This document shows positions 1-11,236 of a stretch of 64,000 bases of DNA, in pieces. Made by a program: the position numbers and the translations under genes. Each line of letters begins with the position of its first letter. Within the stretch, counting starts at the first letter, position 1. This DNA comes from Escherichia coli. GTDB lineage: Bacteria; Pseudomonadota; Gammaproteobacteria; Enterobacterales; Enterobacteriaceae. The notes beneath the pieces were generated by a model. The model was not told the origin of the DNA. It saw nothing but the letters and a program-made list of their open reading frames with translations, and made no database searches. Where the stretch lies: assembly GCF_003790525.1 (NCBI RefSeq), contig NZ_CP033635.1, one strand, 5' to 3'.

Positions 1-3000
1 GCGATATTGATGGCGCGCAAAAACAGCTCGATCGGCTGTCGCAGTTAGCGCCGAGTTCAAATGCGTATAAATCGTCGCGGACCACAATGTTGCTTTCCAC
101 GCCGGATGGTCGTCAGGCACTGCAACAGGCAAGATTGCAGGCGACTACTGGTCATGCAGAAGAAGCTGTGGCGAGTTACAACAAACTGTTCAACGGTGCG
201 CCGCCGGAAGGTGACATTGCCGTCGAGTACTGGAGTACGGTGGCGAAAATTCCGGCTCGCCGTGGCGAAGCGATTAATCAGCTAAAACGCATTAATGCGG
301 ATACGCCGGGCAATACGGGCCTGCAAAACAATCTGGCGCTATTGCTGTTTAGTAGCGATCGCCGTGACGAAGGTTTTGCCGTCCTGGAACAGATGGCGAA
401 ATCGAACGCCGGGCGCGAAGGGGCCTCTAAAATCTGGTACGGGCAGATTAAAGACATGCCCGTCAGCGATGCCAGTGTGTCGGCACTGAAAAAATATCTC
501 TCGATCTTTAGCGATGGCGATAGCGTGGCGGCTGCACAATCGCAACTGGCAGAACAGCAAAAACAGCTGGCCGACCCTGCTTTCCGCGCTCGTGCGCAAG
601 GTTTAGCGGCGGTGGACTCTGGTATGGCGGGTAAAGCCATTCCCGAACTACAACAGGCGGTGCGGGCAAACCCGAAAGACAGTGAGGCTCTGGGGGCGCT
701 GGGCCAGGCGTATTCTCAGAAAGGCGATCGCGCCAATGCGGTGGCGAATCTGGAAAAAGCCCTCGCACTGGACCCGCACAGCAGCAACAACGACAAATGG
801 AACAGTCTGCTGAAAGTAAACCGCTACTGGCTGGCAATCCAGCAGGGCGATGCTGCGCTGAAAGCCAATAATCCTGACCGGGCAGAACGCCTGTTCCAGC
901 AGGCGCGTAATGTCGATAACACCGACAGCTATGCAGTGCTTGGGCTGGGCGATGTGGCGATGGCGCGCAAAGATTACCCCGCCGCTGAACGCTATTATCA
1001 GCAGACCCTGCGTATGGACAGCGGCAACACTAACGCCGTGCGCGGGCTGGCAAATATTTACCGCCAGCAATCGCCAGAAAAAGCTGAAGCGTTTATCGCC
1101 TCGCTCTCTGCCAGTCAGCGGCGTAGCATTGATGATATCGAACGCAGCCTACAAAACGACCGTCTGGCACAGCAGGCAGAGGCACTGGAAAACCAGGGCA
1201 AATGGGGGCAGGCGGCAGCACTTCAGCGGCAACGACTGGCGCTGGATCCCGGCAGCGTATGGATTACTTACCGACTTTCGCAGGATCTCTGGCAGGCCGG
1301 ACAACGCAGCCAGGCTGATACATTAATGCGCAATCTGGCACAGCAGAAGCCGAACGACCCGGAGCAGGTTTACGCTTACGGGCTGTATCTCTCTGGTCAT
1401 GACCAGGACAGAGCGGCGCTGGCGCATATCAACAGCCTGCCGCGCGCGCAGTGGAACAGCAATATTCAGGAACTGGTTAATCGCCTGCAAAGCGATCAGG
1501 TGCTGGAAACCGCTAATCGCCTGCGAGAAAACGGCAAAGAAGCTGAAGCGGAAGCGATGCTGCGCCAGCAACCACCTTCCACGCGCATAGACCTCACGCT
1601 GGCTGACTGGGCGCAACAACGACGTGATTACACCGCCGCTCGCGCTGCATATCAGAATGTCCTGACGCGGGAGCCAACTAACGCCGATGCCATTCTTGGT
1701 CTGACGGAAGTGGATATTGCTGCCGGTGACAAAGCGGCGGCACGTAGCCAGCTGGCGAAACTGCCCGCCACTGATAACGCCTCGCTGAACACTCAGCGGC
1801 GCGTGGCGCTGGCACAGGCGCAGCTTGGCGATACCGCAGCGGCGCAGCAGACGTTTAATAAGTTGATCCCGCAGGCAAAATCTCAGCCACCGTCGATGGA
1901 AAGCGCGATGGTGCTGCGCGACGGTGCGAAGTTTGAAGCGCAGGCGGGCGATCCAACGCAGGCGCTGGAAACCTACAAAGACGCGATGGTCGCATCCGGT
2001 GTGACCACGACGCGTCCGCAGGATAACGACACCTTTACCCAGCTGACCCGTAACGACGAGAAAGATGACTGGCTGAAACGCGGCGTGCGCAGCGATGCAG
2101 CGGACCTCTATCGCCAGCAGGATCTTAACGTCACCCTCGAGCACGATTACTGGGGTTCGAGCGGCACCGGTGGTTACTCCGATCTGAAAGCGCACACCAC
2201 TATGTTGCAGGTGGATGCGCCGTATTCTGACGGGCGGATGTTCTTTCGCAGTGATTTCGTCAATATGAACGTCGGCAGTTTCTCCACTAATGCCGATGGT
2301 AAATGGGATGACAACTGGGGCACCTGTACATTACAGGATTGTAGCGGCAACCGCAGCCAGTCGGATTCCGGTGCCAGCGTGGCGGTCGGCTGGCGAAATG
2401 ACGTCTGGAGCTGGGATATCGGTACCACGCCGATGGGCTTCAACGTGGTGGATGTGGTTGGCGGCATCAGTTACAGCGATGATATCGGGCCGCTGGGTTA
2501 CACCGTTAACGCCCATCGTCGGCCCATCTCCAGTTCTTTGCTGGCCTTTGGTGGGCAAAAAGACTCTCCGAGCAATACCGGGAAAAAATGGGGCGGCGTG
2601 CGTGCCGACGGCGTGGGGCTAAGTCTGAGTTACGATAAAGGTGAAGCAAACGGCGTCTGGGCATCGCTTAGCGGTGATCAGTTAACTGGTAAAAATGTCG
2701 AAGATAACTGGCGCGTGCGCTGGATGACGGGCTATTACTATAAGGTCATCAACCAGAATAATCGCCGTGTGACCATTGGTCTTAACAATATGATCTGGCA
2801 TTACGACAAAGACCTGAGTGGCTACTCACTTGGTCAGGGCGGTTACTACAGCCCGCAGGAATACCTGTCGTTTGCCATACCGGTGATGTGGCGGGAGCGG
2901 ACGGAAAACTGGTCGTGGGAGCTGGGGGCGTCTGGCTCGTGGTCGCATTCACGCACCAAAACCATGCCGCGTTATCCGCTGATGAATCTGATCCCGACCG

Positions 3001-3248
3001 ACTGGCAGGAAGAAGCTGCGCGGCAATCCAACGATGGCGGCAGCAGTCAGGGCTTTGGCTACACGGCGCGGGCATTACTTGAACGACGTGTTACCTCCAA
3101 CTGGTTTGTCGGCACGGCAATTGATATCCAGCAGGCAAAAGATTACGCACCCAGCCATTTCCTGCTCTACGTACGTTATTCCGCCGCCGGATGGCAGGGT
3201 GACATGGATTTACCGCCGCAGCCGCTGATACCTTACGCCGACTGGTAA
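1..3248 (+). CDS. bcsC: Cellulose synthase operon protein C (BcsC), 5'-truncated; reading frame is open from position 3, stop at 3246-3248
   Basis: ORF track 87..3248 is open in the same frame back to the window start; TPR-like helical repeats followed by a C-terminal Trp/Tyr/Gly-rich barrel-like region; sits next to pdeK and dctA as in E. coli. Confidence 0.9.
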   Translation, partial: DIDGAQKQLDRLSQLAPSSNAYKSSRTTMLLSTPDGRQALQQARLQATTGHAEEAVASYNKLFNGAPPEGDIAVEYWSTVAKIPARRGEAINQLKRINADTPGNTGLQNNLALLLFSSDRRDEGFAVLEQMAKSNAGREGASKIWYGQIKDMPVSDASVSALKKYLSIFSDGDSVAAAQSQLAEQQKQLADPAFRARAQGLAAVDSGMAGKAIPELQQAVRANPKDSEALGALGQAYSQKGDRANAVANLEKALALDPHSSNNDKWNSLLKVNRYWLAIQQGDAALKANNPDRAERLFQQARNVDNTDSYAVLGLGDVAMARKDYPAAERYYQQTLRMDSGNTNAVRGLANIYRQQSPEKAEAFIASLSASQRRSIDDIERSLQNDRLAQQAEALENQGKWGQAAALQRQRLALDPGSVWITYRLSQDLWQAGQRSQADTLMRNLAQQKPNDPEQVYAYGLYLSGHDQDRAALAHINSLPRAQWNSNIQELVNRLQSDQVLETANRLRENGKEAEAEAMLRQQPPSTRIDLTLADWAQQRRDYTAARAAYQNVLTREPTNADAILGLTEVDIAAGDKAAARSQLAKLPATDNASLNTQRRVALAQAQLGDTAAAQQTFNKLIPQAKSQPPSMESAMVLRDGAKFEAQAGDPTQALETYKDAMVASGVTTTRPQDNDTFTQLTRNDEKDDWLKRGVRSDAADLYRQQDLNVTLEHDYWGSSGTGGYSDLKAHTTMLQVDAPYSDGRMFFRSDFVNMNVGSFSTNADGKWDDNWGTCTLQDCSGNRSQSDSGASVAVGWRNDVWSWDIGTTPMGFNVVDVVGGISYSDDIGPLGYTVNAHRRPISSSLLAFGGQKDSPSNTGKKWGGVRADGVGLSLSYDKGEANGVWASLSGDQLTGKNVEDNWRVRWMTGYYYKVINQNNRRVTIGLNNMIWHYDKDLSGYSLGQGGYYSPQEYLSFAIPVMWRERTENWSWELGASGSWSHSRTKTMPRYPLMNLIPTDWQEEAARQSNDGGSSQGFGYTARALLERRVTSNWFVGTAIDIQQAKDYAPSHFLLYVRYSAAGWQGDMDLPPQPLIPYADW

Positions 3249-3329
3249 GTTTTCAGATAGCGCCTCTCTTAATGCCGCTGCGATCGGGTATACTCGGGCG
3301 GCAATCTGGGATTTCCGGGGGGAGACAAT

Positions 3330-5318
3330 TTGCGCGTAAGTCGCTCGTTAACAATCAAGCAGATGGCAATGGTGGCAGCCGTTGTCCTGGTGTTCGTTTT
3401 TATTTTTTGCACCGTTTTGCTGTTCCATCTGGTCCAGCAGAATCGCTATAACACGGCTACGCAACTGGAAAGCATTGCTCGCTCTGTCCGCGAACCCTTA
3501 TCTTCTGCCATTTTGAAAGGCGATATTCCCGAAGCGGAAGCTATTCTTGCCAGCATTAAACCGGCAGGCGTGGTCAGCCGTGCCGATGTGGTGCTGCCTA
3601 ACCAGTTCCAGGCGCTGCGTAAAAGTTTTATTCCAGAGCGTCCGGTGCCGGTAATGGTTACTCGCCTGTTTGAGCTACCGGTGCAAATCTCGCTGGGCGT
3701 TTACTCGCTGGAACGTCCGGCAAACCCGCAGCCAATTGCCTATCTGGTGCTACAGGCGGATTCCTTCCGCATGTATAAGTTCGTGATGAGCACCCTCTCA
3801 ACGTTAGTGACCATTTACTTACTTTTGTCGTTAATATTGACGGTGGCGATTAGCTGGTGCATTAACCGCCTGATTTTGCATCCATTACGCAATATTGCTC
3901 GCGAACTTAACGCCATCCCAGCCCAGGAGCTTGTTGGTCACCAACTGGCATTACCGCGTCTGCATCAGGACGATGAAATCGGTATGTTGGTGCGCAGTTA
4001 CAACCTCAACCAGCAATTGCTGCAGCGCCATTATGAAGAACAGAACGAAAATGCGATGCGCTTCCCGGTGTCGGATTTGCCGAACAAAGCCTTGCTGATG
4101 GAGATGCTGGAGCAGGTGGTGGCGCGTAAACAAACCACCGCGCTGATGATCATCACCTGTGAAACCCTGCGTGATACTGCGGGTGTGCTGAAAGAGGCGC
4201 AACGAGAAATTCTGCTGCTGACGCTGGTGGAAAAACTCAAATCGGTACTGTCGCCACGTATGATCCTCGCGCAGATTAGCGGTTATGACTTTGCTGTCAT
4301 TGCCAACGGTGTACAGGAACCGTGGCACGCAATCACTTTGGGTCAGCAAGTGCTCACTATCATGAGCGAGCGCCTGCCGATTGAACGTATTCAACTCCGT
4401 CCGCACTGTAGCATTGGCGTGGCGATGTTCTACGGCGATCTCACCGCCGAACAGCTTTATAGCCGCGCTATTTCTGCGGCATTTACCGCTCGCCATAAAG
4501 GCAAGAATCAGATTCAGTTCTTTGATCCGCAGCAGATGGAAGCAGCCCAACAGCGGTTGACGGAAGAGAGCGATATCCTTAATGCACTGGAAAATCATCA
4601 GTTTGCGATTTGGTTACAGCCACAGGTCGAGATGACCAGCGGTAAACTGGTCAGTGCGGAAGTGTTACTGCGTATCCAGCAACCGGATGGCAGTTGGGAT
4701 CTGCCGGATGGCTTAATCGATCGCATTGAATGCTGTGGGCTGATGGTTACCGTTGGTCACTGGGTGCTGGAAGAGTCCTGTCGACTGCTTGCTGCCTGGC
4801 AAGAGCGCGGCATTATGCTGCCCTTGTCGGTAAACCTCTCAGCGCTGCAACTGATGCACCCGAATATGGTGGCGGATATGCTGGAACTGTTAACCCGCTA
4901 TCGCATTCAGCCGGGAACACTGATTCTGGAAGTGACAGAAAGCCGACGTATTGACGACCCTCATGCTGCGGTGGCAGTCCTCCGTCCGCTGCGCAATGCC
5001 GGCGTTCGGGTGGCGCTGGATGATTTCGGCATGGGCTATGCGGGGCTGCGTCAGCTGCAGCATATGAAATCGTTGCCAATCGACGTACTGAAAATCGACA
5101 AAATGTTTGTTGAAGGCTTGCCGGAAGATAGCAGCATGATTGCTGCAATTATCATGCTGGCGCAGAGCCTGAACTTACAAATGATTGCCGAAGGCGTGGA
5201 GACTGAAGCACAACGCGACTGGCTGGCAAAAGCGGGCGTTGGTATTGCCCAGGGCTTCCTTTTTGCTCGCCCACTCCCTATTGAAATCTTCGAAGAGAGT
5301 TACCTGGAAGAAAAGTAG
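3330..5318 (+). CDS. pdeK: c-di-GMP phosphodiesterase PdeK (YhjK), membrane HAMP-GGDEF-EAL protein
   Basis: 662 aa ORF with N-terminal TM segments and a C-terminal EAL region ([20 protein letters not shown]); apparent TTG start at 3330 preceded by GGGGGGAGA. Confidence 0.85.
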   Translation: MRVSRSLTIKQMAMVAAVVLVFVFIFCTVLLFHLVQQNRYNTATQLESIARSVREPLSSAILKGDIPEAEAILASIKPAGVVSRADVVLPNQFQALRKSFIPERPVPVMVTRLFELPVQISLGVYSLERPANPQPIAYLVLQADSFRMYKFVMSTLSTLVTIYLLLSLILTVAISWCINRLILHPLRNIARELNAIPAQELVGHQLALPRLHQDDEIGMLVRSYNLNQQLLQRHYEEQNENAMRFPVSDLPNKALLMEMLEQVVARKQTTALMIITCETLRDTAGVLKEAQREILLLTLVEKLKSVLSPRMILAQISGYDFAVIANGVQEPWHAITLGQQVLTIMSERLPIERIQLRPHCSIGVAMFYGDLTAEQLYSRAISAAFTARHKGKNQIQFFDPQQMEAAQQRLTEESDILNALENHQFAIWLQPQVEMTSGKLVSAEVLLRIQQPDGSWDLPDGLIDRIECCGLMVTVGHWVLEESCRLLAAWQERGIMLPLSVNLSALQLMHPNMVADMLELLTRYRIQPGTLILEVTESRRIDDPHAAVAVLRPLRNAGVRVALDDFGMGYAGLRQLQHMKSLPIDVLKIDKMFVEGLPEDSSMIAAIIMLAQSLNLQMIAEGVETEAQRDWLAKAGVGIAQGFLFARPLPIEIFEESYLEEK

Positions 5319-5464
5319 CTACCCCAAACTGATTACAAAACTTTAAAAAGTGCTGGTTTGTGCGAGCCAGCTCAAACTTTTTAACCTTTTTGTTTCAATT
5401 ATGATCCAGGTACATTTCTGTGATGTTGTCTGGGTGTTATTTTAAGGCCGCAGGTACCCCATAA

Positions 5465-6787
<1,323 letters not shown>

Positions 6788-6800
6788 TCTCACCACTTAT

Positions 6801-6835
6801 GCCCGCACTCCCTTCCCCGAGTGCGGGTGTTTGCG
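6801..6835 (+). terminator. Hairpin (cccgcact / agtgcggg) followed by TGTTTG, downstream of dctA
   Basis: Inverted repeat read directly from the sequence just after the dctA stop. Confidence 0.5.
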
Positions 6836-7006
6836 CATAATTGACCCCTGTGCCTGAACTTACCACCTGGGTGAGTTCAGGTTTATTTCACTTCTTCCGT
6901 GACATTTTCATGTTCTTGCGGTCTAACACGAAGTGTTTTTAACGTCATTTAGACTGACCGACAACGGGCAGTTTTTTATTACCAGGATAGTTGATCAGGG
7001 GTTCAC

Positions 7007-8503
7007 ATGCAGGGCACAAAAATTCGACTTTTAGCGGGCGGTTTGCTGATGATGGCCACTGCTGGCTATGTGCAGGCAGATGCGCTCCAGCCTGATCCAG
7101 CATGGCAACAGGGGACGCTTTCCAACGGTTTACAGTGGCAAGTGCTGACTACACCCCAGCGTCCCAGCGATCGTGTTGAAATTCGCCTGCTGGTTAATAC
7201 CGGTTCGCTCGCCGAAAGTACACAACAGAGCGGTTACAGTCACGCCATCCCTCGTATTGCGCTAACGCAAAGCGGTGGCCTTGACGCAGCGCAGGCGCGT
7301 TCATTGTGGCAGCAGGGGATCGACCCTAAACGCCCGATGCCGCCGGTAATTGTCTCTTATGACACCACGCTGTTTAACCTGAGTTTGCCCAATAACCGTA
7401 ACGACTTGCTGAAAGAAGCGCTCTCTTATCTGGCAAATGCCACTGGCAAACTGACTATCACGCCAGAAACCATCAACCACGCGCTGCAAAGTCAGGACAT
7501 GGTGGCAACCTGGCCTGCCGATACTAAAGAGGGCTGGTGGCGTTATCGTCTGAAAGGATCAACCTTGTTAGGTCACGATCCTGCCGATCCGCTGAAACAA
7601 CCCGTTGAAGCGGAAAAGATTAAAGATTTCTATCAGAAATGGTACACCCCGGATGCAATGACGCTGCTGGTGGTGGGAAACGTGGATGCGCGCTCGGTCG
7701 TCGACCAAATCAATAAAACGTTTGGCGAACTGAAAGGCAAACGTGAAACACCGGCTCCGGTGCCGACGCTTTCTCCGCTGCGTGCGGAAGCGGTGAGTAT
7801 TATGACCGACGCGGTGCGTCAGGACCGGTTATCTATCATGTGGGATACGCCGTGGCAGCCGATTCGTGAATCAGCCGCACTGCTGCGCTACTGGCGTGCG
7901 GACCTGGCCCGTGAGGCGCTGTTCTGGCACGTTCAGCAAGCGTTAAGCGCCAGTAACAACAAAGAAATCGGTCTTGGATTTGATTGCCGTGTGCTGTATC
8001 TGCGTGCGCAGTGTGCCATCAACATCGAATCACCAAACGACAAGCTGAACAGCAACCTTAATCTGGTGGCGCGTGAACTGGCAAAGGTTCGCGATAAAGG
8101 TCTGCCGGAAGAAGAGTTCAATGCGTTAGTGGCGCAAAAGAAACTGGAGCTGCAGAAACTGTTTGCCGCCTATGCGCGAGCTGATACCGATATTCTGATG
8201 GGGCAGCGGATGCGTTCGTTGCAAAATCAGGTCGTCGATATCGCGCCGGAGCAATATCAGAAACTGCGTCAGGATTTCCTTAACAGCCTGACGGTGGAGA
8301 TGTTAAATCAGGATCTGCGTCAGCAGTTGTCGAATGATATGGCGTTAATACTGCTGCAGCCGAAAGGCGAGCCGGAATTTAACATGAAAGCGTTGCAGGC
8401 GGCCTGGGATCAAATCATGGCCCCATCGACTGCGGCTGCCGCCACATCTGTCGCCACGGATGACGTACATCCTGAAGTGACGGATATTCCACCCGCACAG
8501 TGA
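7007..8503 (+). CDS. yhjJ: Periplasmic zinc-peptidase-like protein YhjJ (M16 family, probably inactive)
   Basis: 498 aa ORF with a signal peptide (MQGTKIRLLAGGLLMMATAGYVQA); position after dctA matches E. coli. Confidence 0.85.
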   Translation: MQGTKIRLLAGGLLMMATAGYVQADALQPDPAWQQGTLSNGLQWQVLTTPQRPSDRVEIRLLVNTGSLAESTQQSGYSHAIPRIALTQSGGLDAAQARSLWQQGIDPKRPMPPVIVSYDTTLFNLSLPNNRNDLLKEALSYLANATGKLTITPETINHALQSQDMVATWPADTKEGWWRYRLKGSTLLGHDPADPLKQPVEAEKIKDFYQKWYTPDAMTLLVVGNVDARSVVDQINKTFGELKGKRETPAPVPTLSPLRAEAVSIMTDAVRQDRLSIMWDTPWQPIRESAALLRYWRADLAREALFWHVQQALSASNNKEIGLGFDCRVLYLRAQCAINIESPNDKLNSNLNLVARELAKVRDKGLPEEEFNALVAQKKLELQKLFAAYARADTDILMGQRMRSLQNQVVDIAPEQYQKLRQDFLNSLTVEMLNQDLRQQLSNDMALILLQPKGEPEFNMKALQAAWDQIMAPSTAAAATSVATDDVHPEVTDIPPAQ

Positions 8504-8685
8504 TAAATAACCCGGCAGCGTTTCTTCTGCGCTGCCGGGATTAACGGTAATTAATAAGTTACCGTGATATACCCGCAGAGATTTTTCCCGGCACGGCGGT
8601 AGCGTGCAGATAATTACTGACTGCTGTGGTTTATAGAAAAGGAAGTAACCACACTTTGTGAACGTAACGTGCTAAAGGAATATGA

Positions 8686-9216
8686 ATGCGCTACAAAGTC
8701 ACACTGTTCTTGCTGACTATGATTCTCTGCTTAACAGGGTTCTATTCCTGCAACAAGAACTTCCTCTTACTCTGGGATGCCAATAATATGTATGTCAGCA
8801 CAAGAAATAATATCGATAAAGACAAGGTAAAAATAGAATTCGGTATCAGCGTCAACACGATCAACCGAGAGACGGATGCCGAATTATTTACTGACAGAGC
8901 GAAGTATAGAATTATCTTCGATGGTAACCTAAAAAACAGGATGATAAATGAGTACGGCGAAAATGATTTTTTAATTACCTACGATGACCGCTGCTATTTA
9001 TCATTTCGTCAATTTAAAACCAATCGTCGTCATCAACATGACTATTATTTTGACTTCTTTAACAACAATGGGAATGTCTTTGTCACAGTCGAAATCAAAG
9101 GCGAGAACCCACTTAAATTTACGCGTAGTTTAAATGATATGCGTCAGCAGTTTTCACCAACTCGTGAGGATAGCCCTTCTCACTCCTGCAAGGTTATTTC
9201 TTCAGATCCTTCTTAA
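8686..9216 (+). CDS. Hypothetical small AT-rich exported or membrane-anchored protein (176 aa), no family recognised
   Basis: 531-nt ORF in visibly AT-rich DNA; AAGGA 6 nt upstream of the ATG; N-terminal hydrophobic segment VTLFLLTMILCLTGFYSC; Asn/Lys/Phe/Tyr-rich; 3' end overlaps the convergent 680-aa gene by 23 nt. Confidence 0.5.
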   Translation: MRYKVTLFLLTMILCLTGFYSCNKNFLLLWDANNMYVSTRNNIDKDKVKIEFGISVNTINRETDAELFTDRAKYRIIFDGNLKNRMINEYGENDFLITYDDRCYLSFRQFKTNRRHQHDYYFDFFNNNGNVFVTVEIKGENPLKFTRSLNDMRQQFSPTREDSPSHSCKVISSDPS

Positions 9217-11236
9217 ACACTGGATCTGGACAATCACGACCAAAATGCGCAGACCAGTCAAAAACTTTACCGTTTTTCACGTAGCGTTGATAAATTAATG
9301 CACCGGTTTCTGTATCACGATATCTGACCCAACTTGCAGCATGGCATAACACGGCAGCCCAAGCCTGGGTTTTAGGGTGAAGTAAATCGGCAGATTGTCC
9401 GGCCCATTCCGCAGCCTGCCAGCGGTAATGCAAAAAATGATCATCAGCGGTGGGGATTGCATGGCGAATACGTTGTTTTTCTTTACGACTTATCCACTGA
9501 TCGTTATTTCTGTATTCAAAGAGTGCTGAATACTGCCCACTGGAAATAGCATTATCGGGATACATTTCATAAGCCACCAATTCGATACCACTGAAACGTA
9601 AAAGCCGCGCAGCTTCGTATTGCGCCTGGGCGCGTTGTTTATCAGGGATATTTTTATTTTTTGCTATCGCCATTAAATCAGCCAGTTTTTGTGCGGCCTG
9701 GCGATGATCGGGAATATCAAACCAATTGATGGCCTGCTGATACTGACCATTACGTATTAATCGTCTACCTAATAGTGCACGTAATTTAACATCCGTGGGA
9801 ATGATATCTGGCGAAATATAATAACCGTAACTGCTCTTGTTTAAATCTATAGGTTTTAAAGGATGCTGAGGTGCTGGTACGTTTTTTTCAACAAACGCGT
9901 GTAACTCTGACAAGGTCAAAACGTTTTCTGCCACCCAGGCTAAATCAGCCCAATAGAGATCTTTGGCCTGGTAAAATAATGCGGTGGCCTGAAGATAATC
10001 ATCGCGTTTTAATGCCACAATCGCCTGTTCACTGGCAATACGGCAAGACGGGATGGTAACTTTATCGGCATGATAATAAGGGCTTTCCGGGTCCATACTT
10101 CCCCAGACTTCATCGGTAGAGAACAGCGGGGCTGCGCGAGCATAGTGACGCGTTGCCAGTGGAATATCTCCGGCTCGTAATGCCATTTTTGCTTTTAACC
10201 ATTCGCTTAATCCACTTTCTGGCGCATCCTGCAACAGCGTTTGTGCTAACGAATAATTTCCTGCCCGATACGCCAGTGCTGCCAGGCGATCGCTATAACT
10301 AAATCCTTTAACTCTGTGTTGACTTAGCAACTTAATTAAACGGTCGCGATGCGTTGGACAGGTATAATCTACAAGGTCCTTAGTACAGGCTTCGCTAACA
10401 TACCCCCAGTCATGACGAATAAAGAGCTCTGCGATTACCAGTTGCTGAACCAGAGAATCATTAATAACCGACTCCAGCAGTGGTAAATTTTTCTCCCTGG
10501 TTATATACAGCGAAATCATCCGTAGCGACGCTTTCCCGGAGGGCGAACCCTGGGCCGCTTGCCGGGCATACATTTTTACTGCCGCAGCGACATCACCTTT
10601 TTTCAGATAATAATGCCCAATCTGACCGAGACTGGCGAGAGAGAGCAATTCAGGATCGGCTGCTCCATTACGCACTTCTTCAATGATTTGCTGATAACGC
10701 TGTATGGCCTGCTCAGCAAGTTCCTGATTAAAGCCGCCTTTATTGATTATAAGATCGAGATTGTCGTCAGTGGCATCAAATCCCCCCCTTGCCAGACTAT
10801 ATAGCGTAGCAAGACGCCATTCCCCTTGCTCTGTTTTCGGCAAGGCTAATAATTGCTGAAAGTAAGGGCTATCGTATTTTCCCTGATGAAAATCCTTAGC
10901 TCCTGAATAATAAAGCCTCTGCGCCTTAGATAATGGCTTCTGCAATTTTTGCGTGATTTCCAGTATCCGATTTTGCGCAGGAGGCTCAGCATCATCATCT
11001 GTATTTGCCTGCGTTGCCTCCGCGGGCGTATCTTCATGCCATATCGGTAAATCAGGATCGCGTTTAGCCAACTGTTGTACTTCAAAGACAAAACTGCCAT
11101 TTGGCATTTCCAGCAGTGCGCTATTGCGGTCAGTTAACAGATGGTTAGGAATAAATGGTCCACAGGCATTAACGTTGGCGCTAATTAGTGAGAGAAATAC
11201 AATAACGGAAAGCCGCGATATTTTAGGGGATAACAT
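9194..11236 (-). CDS. Hypothetical exported protein (680 aa), possibly a lipoprotein, with helical-repeat-like regions; no family recognised
   Basis: Long ORF with signal-peptide-like N-terminus MLSPKISRLSVIVFLSLISANVNAC; its start overlaps the stop of the upstream 401-aa gene by 14 nt. Confidence 0.75.
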   Translation of the reverse strand: MLSPKISRLSVIVFLSLISANVNACGPFIPNHLLTDRNSALLEMPNGSFVFEVQQLAKRDPDLPIWHEDTPAEATQANTDDDAEPPAQNRILEITQKLQKPLSKAQRLYYSGAKDFHQGKYDSPYFQQLLALPKTEQGEWRLATLYSLARGGFDATDDNLDLIINKGGFNQELAEQAIQRYQQIIEEVRNGAADPELLSLASLGQIGHYYLKKGDVAAAVKMYARQAAQGSPSGKASLRMISLYITREKNLPLLESVINDSLVQQLVIAELFIRHDWGYVSEACTKDLVDYTCPTHRDRLIKLLSQHRVKGFSYSDRLAALAYRAGNYSLAQTLLQDAPESGLSEWLKAKMALRAGDIPLATRHYARAAPLFSTDEVWGSMDPESPYYHADKVTIPSCRIASEQAIVALKRDDYLQATALFYQAKDLYWADLAWVAENVLTLSELHAFVEKNVPAPQHPLKPIDLNKSSYGYYISPDIIPTDVKLRALLGRRLIRNGQYQQAINWFDIPDHRQAAQKLADLMAIAKNKNIPDKQRAQAQYEAARLLRFSGIELVAYEMYPDNAISSGQYSALFEYRNNDQWISRKEKQRIRHAIPTADDHFLHYRWQAAEWAGQSADLLHPKTQAWAAVLCHAASWVRYRDTETGALIYQRYVKNGKVFDWSAHFGRDCPDPVFKKDLKK

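Noticed and set aside
1323..2195. 290-aa ORF on the minus strand inside bcsC
   Set aside because: Antisense shadow ORF within a well-supported gene; Arg/Gln-rich low-complexity translation typical of the reverse frame of a GC-rich gene.
3951..4598. 215-aa minus-strand ORF inside pdeK
   Set aside because: Shadow ORF antisense to pdeK.
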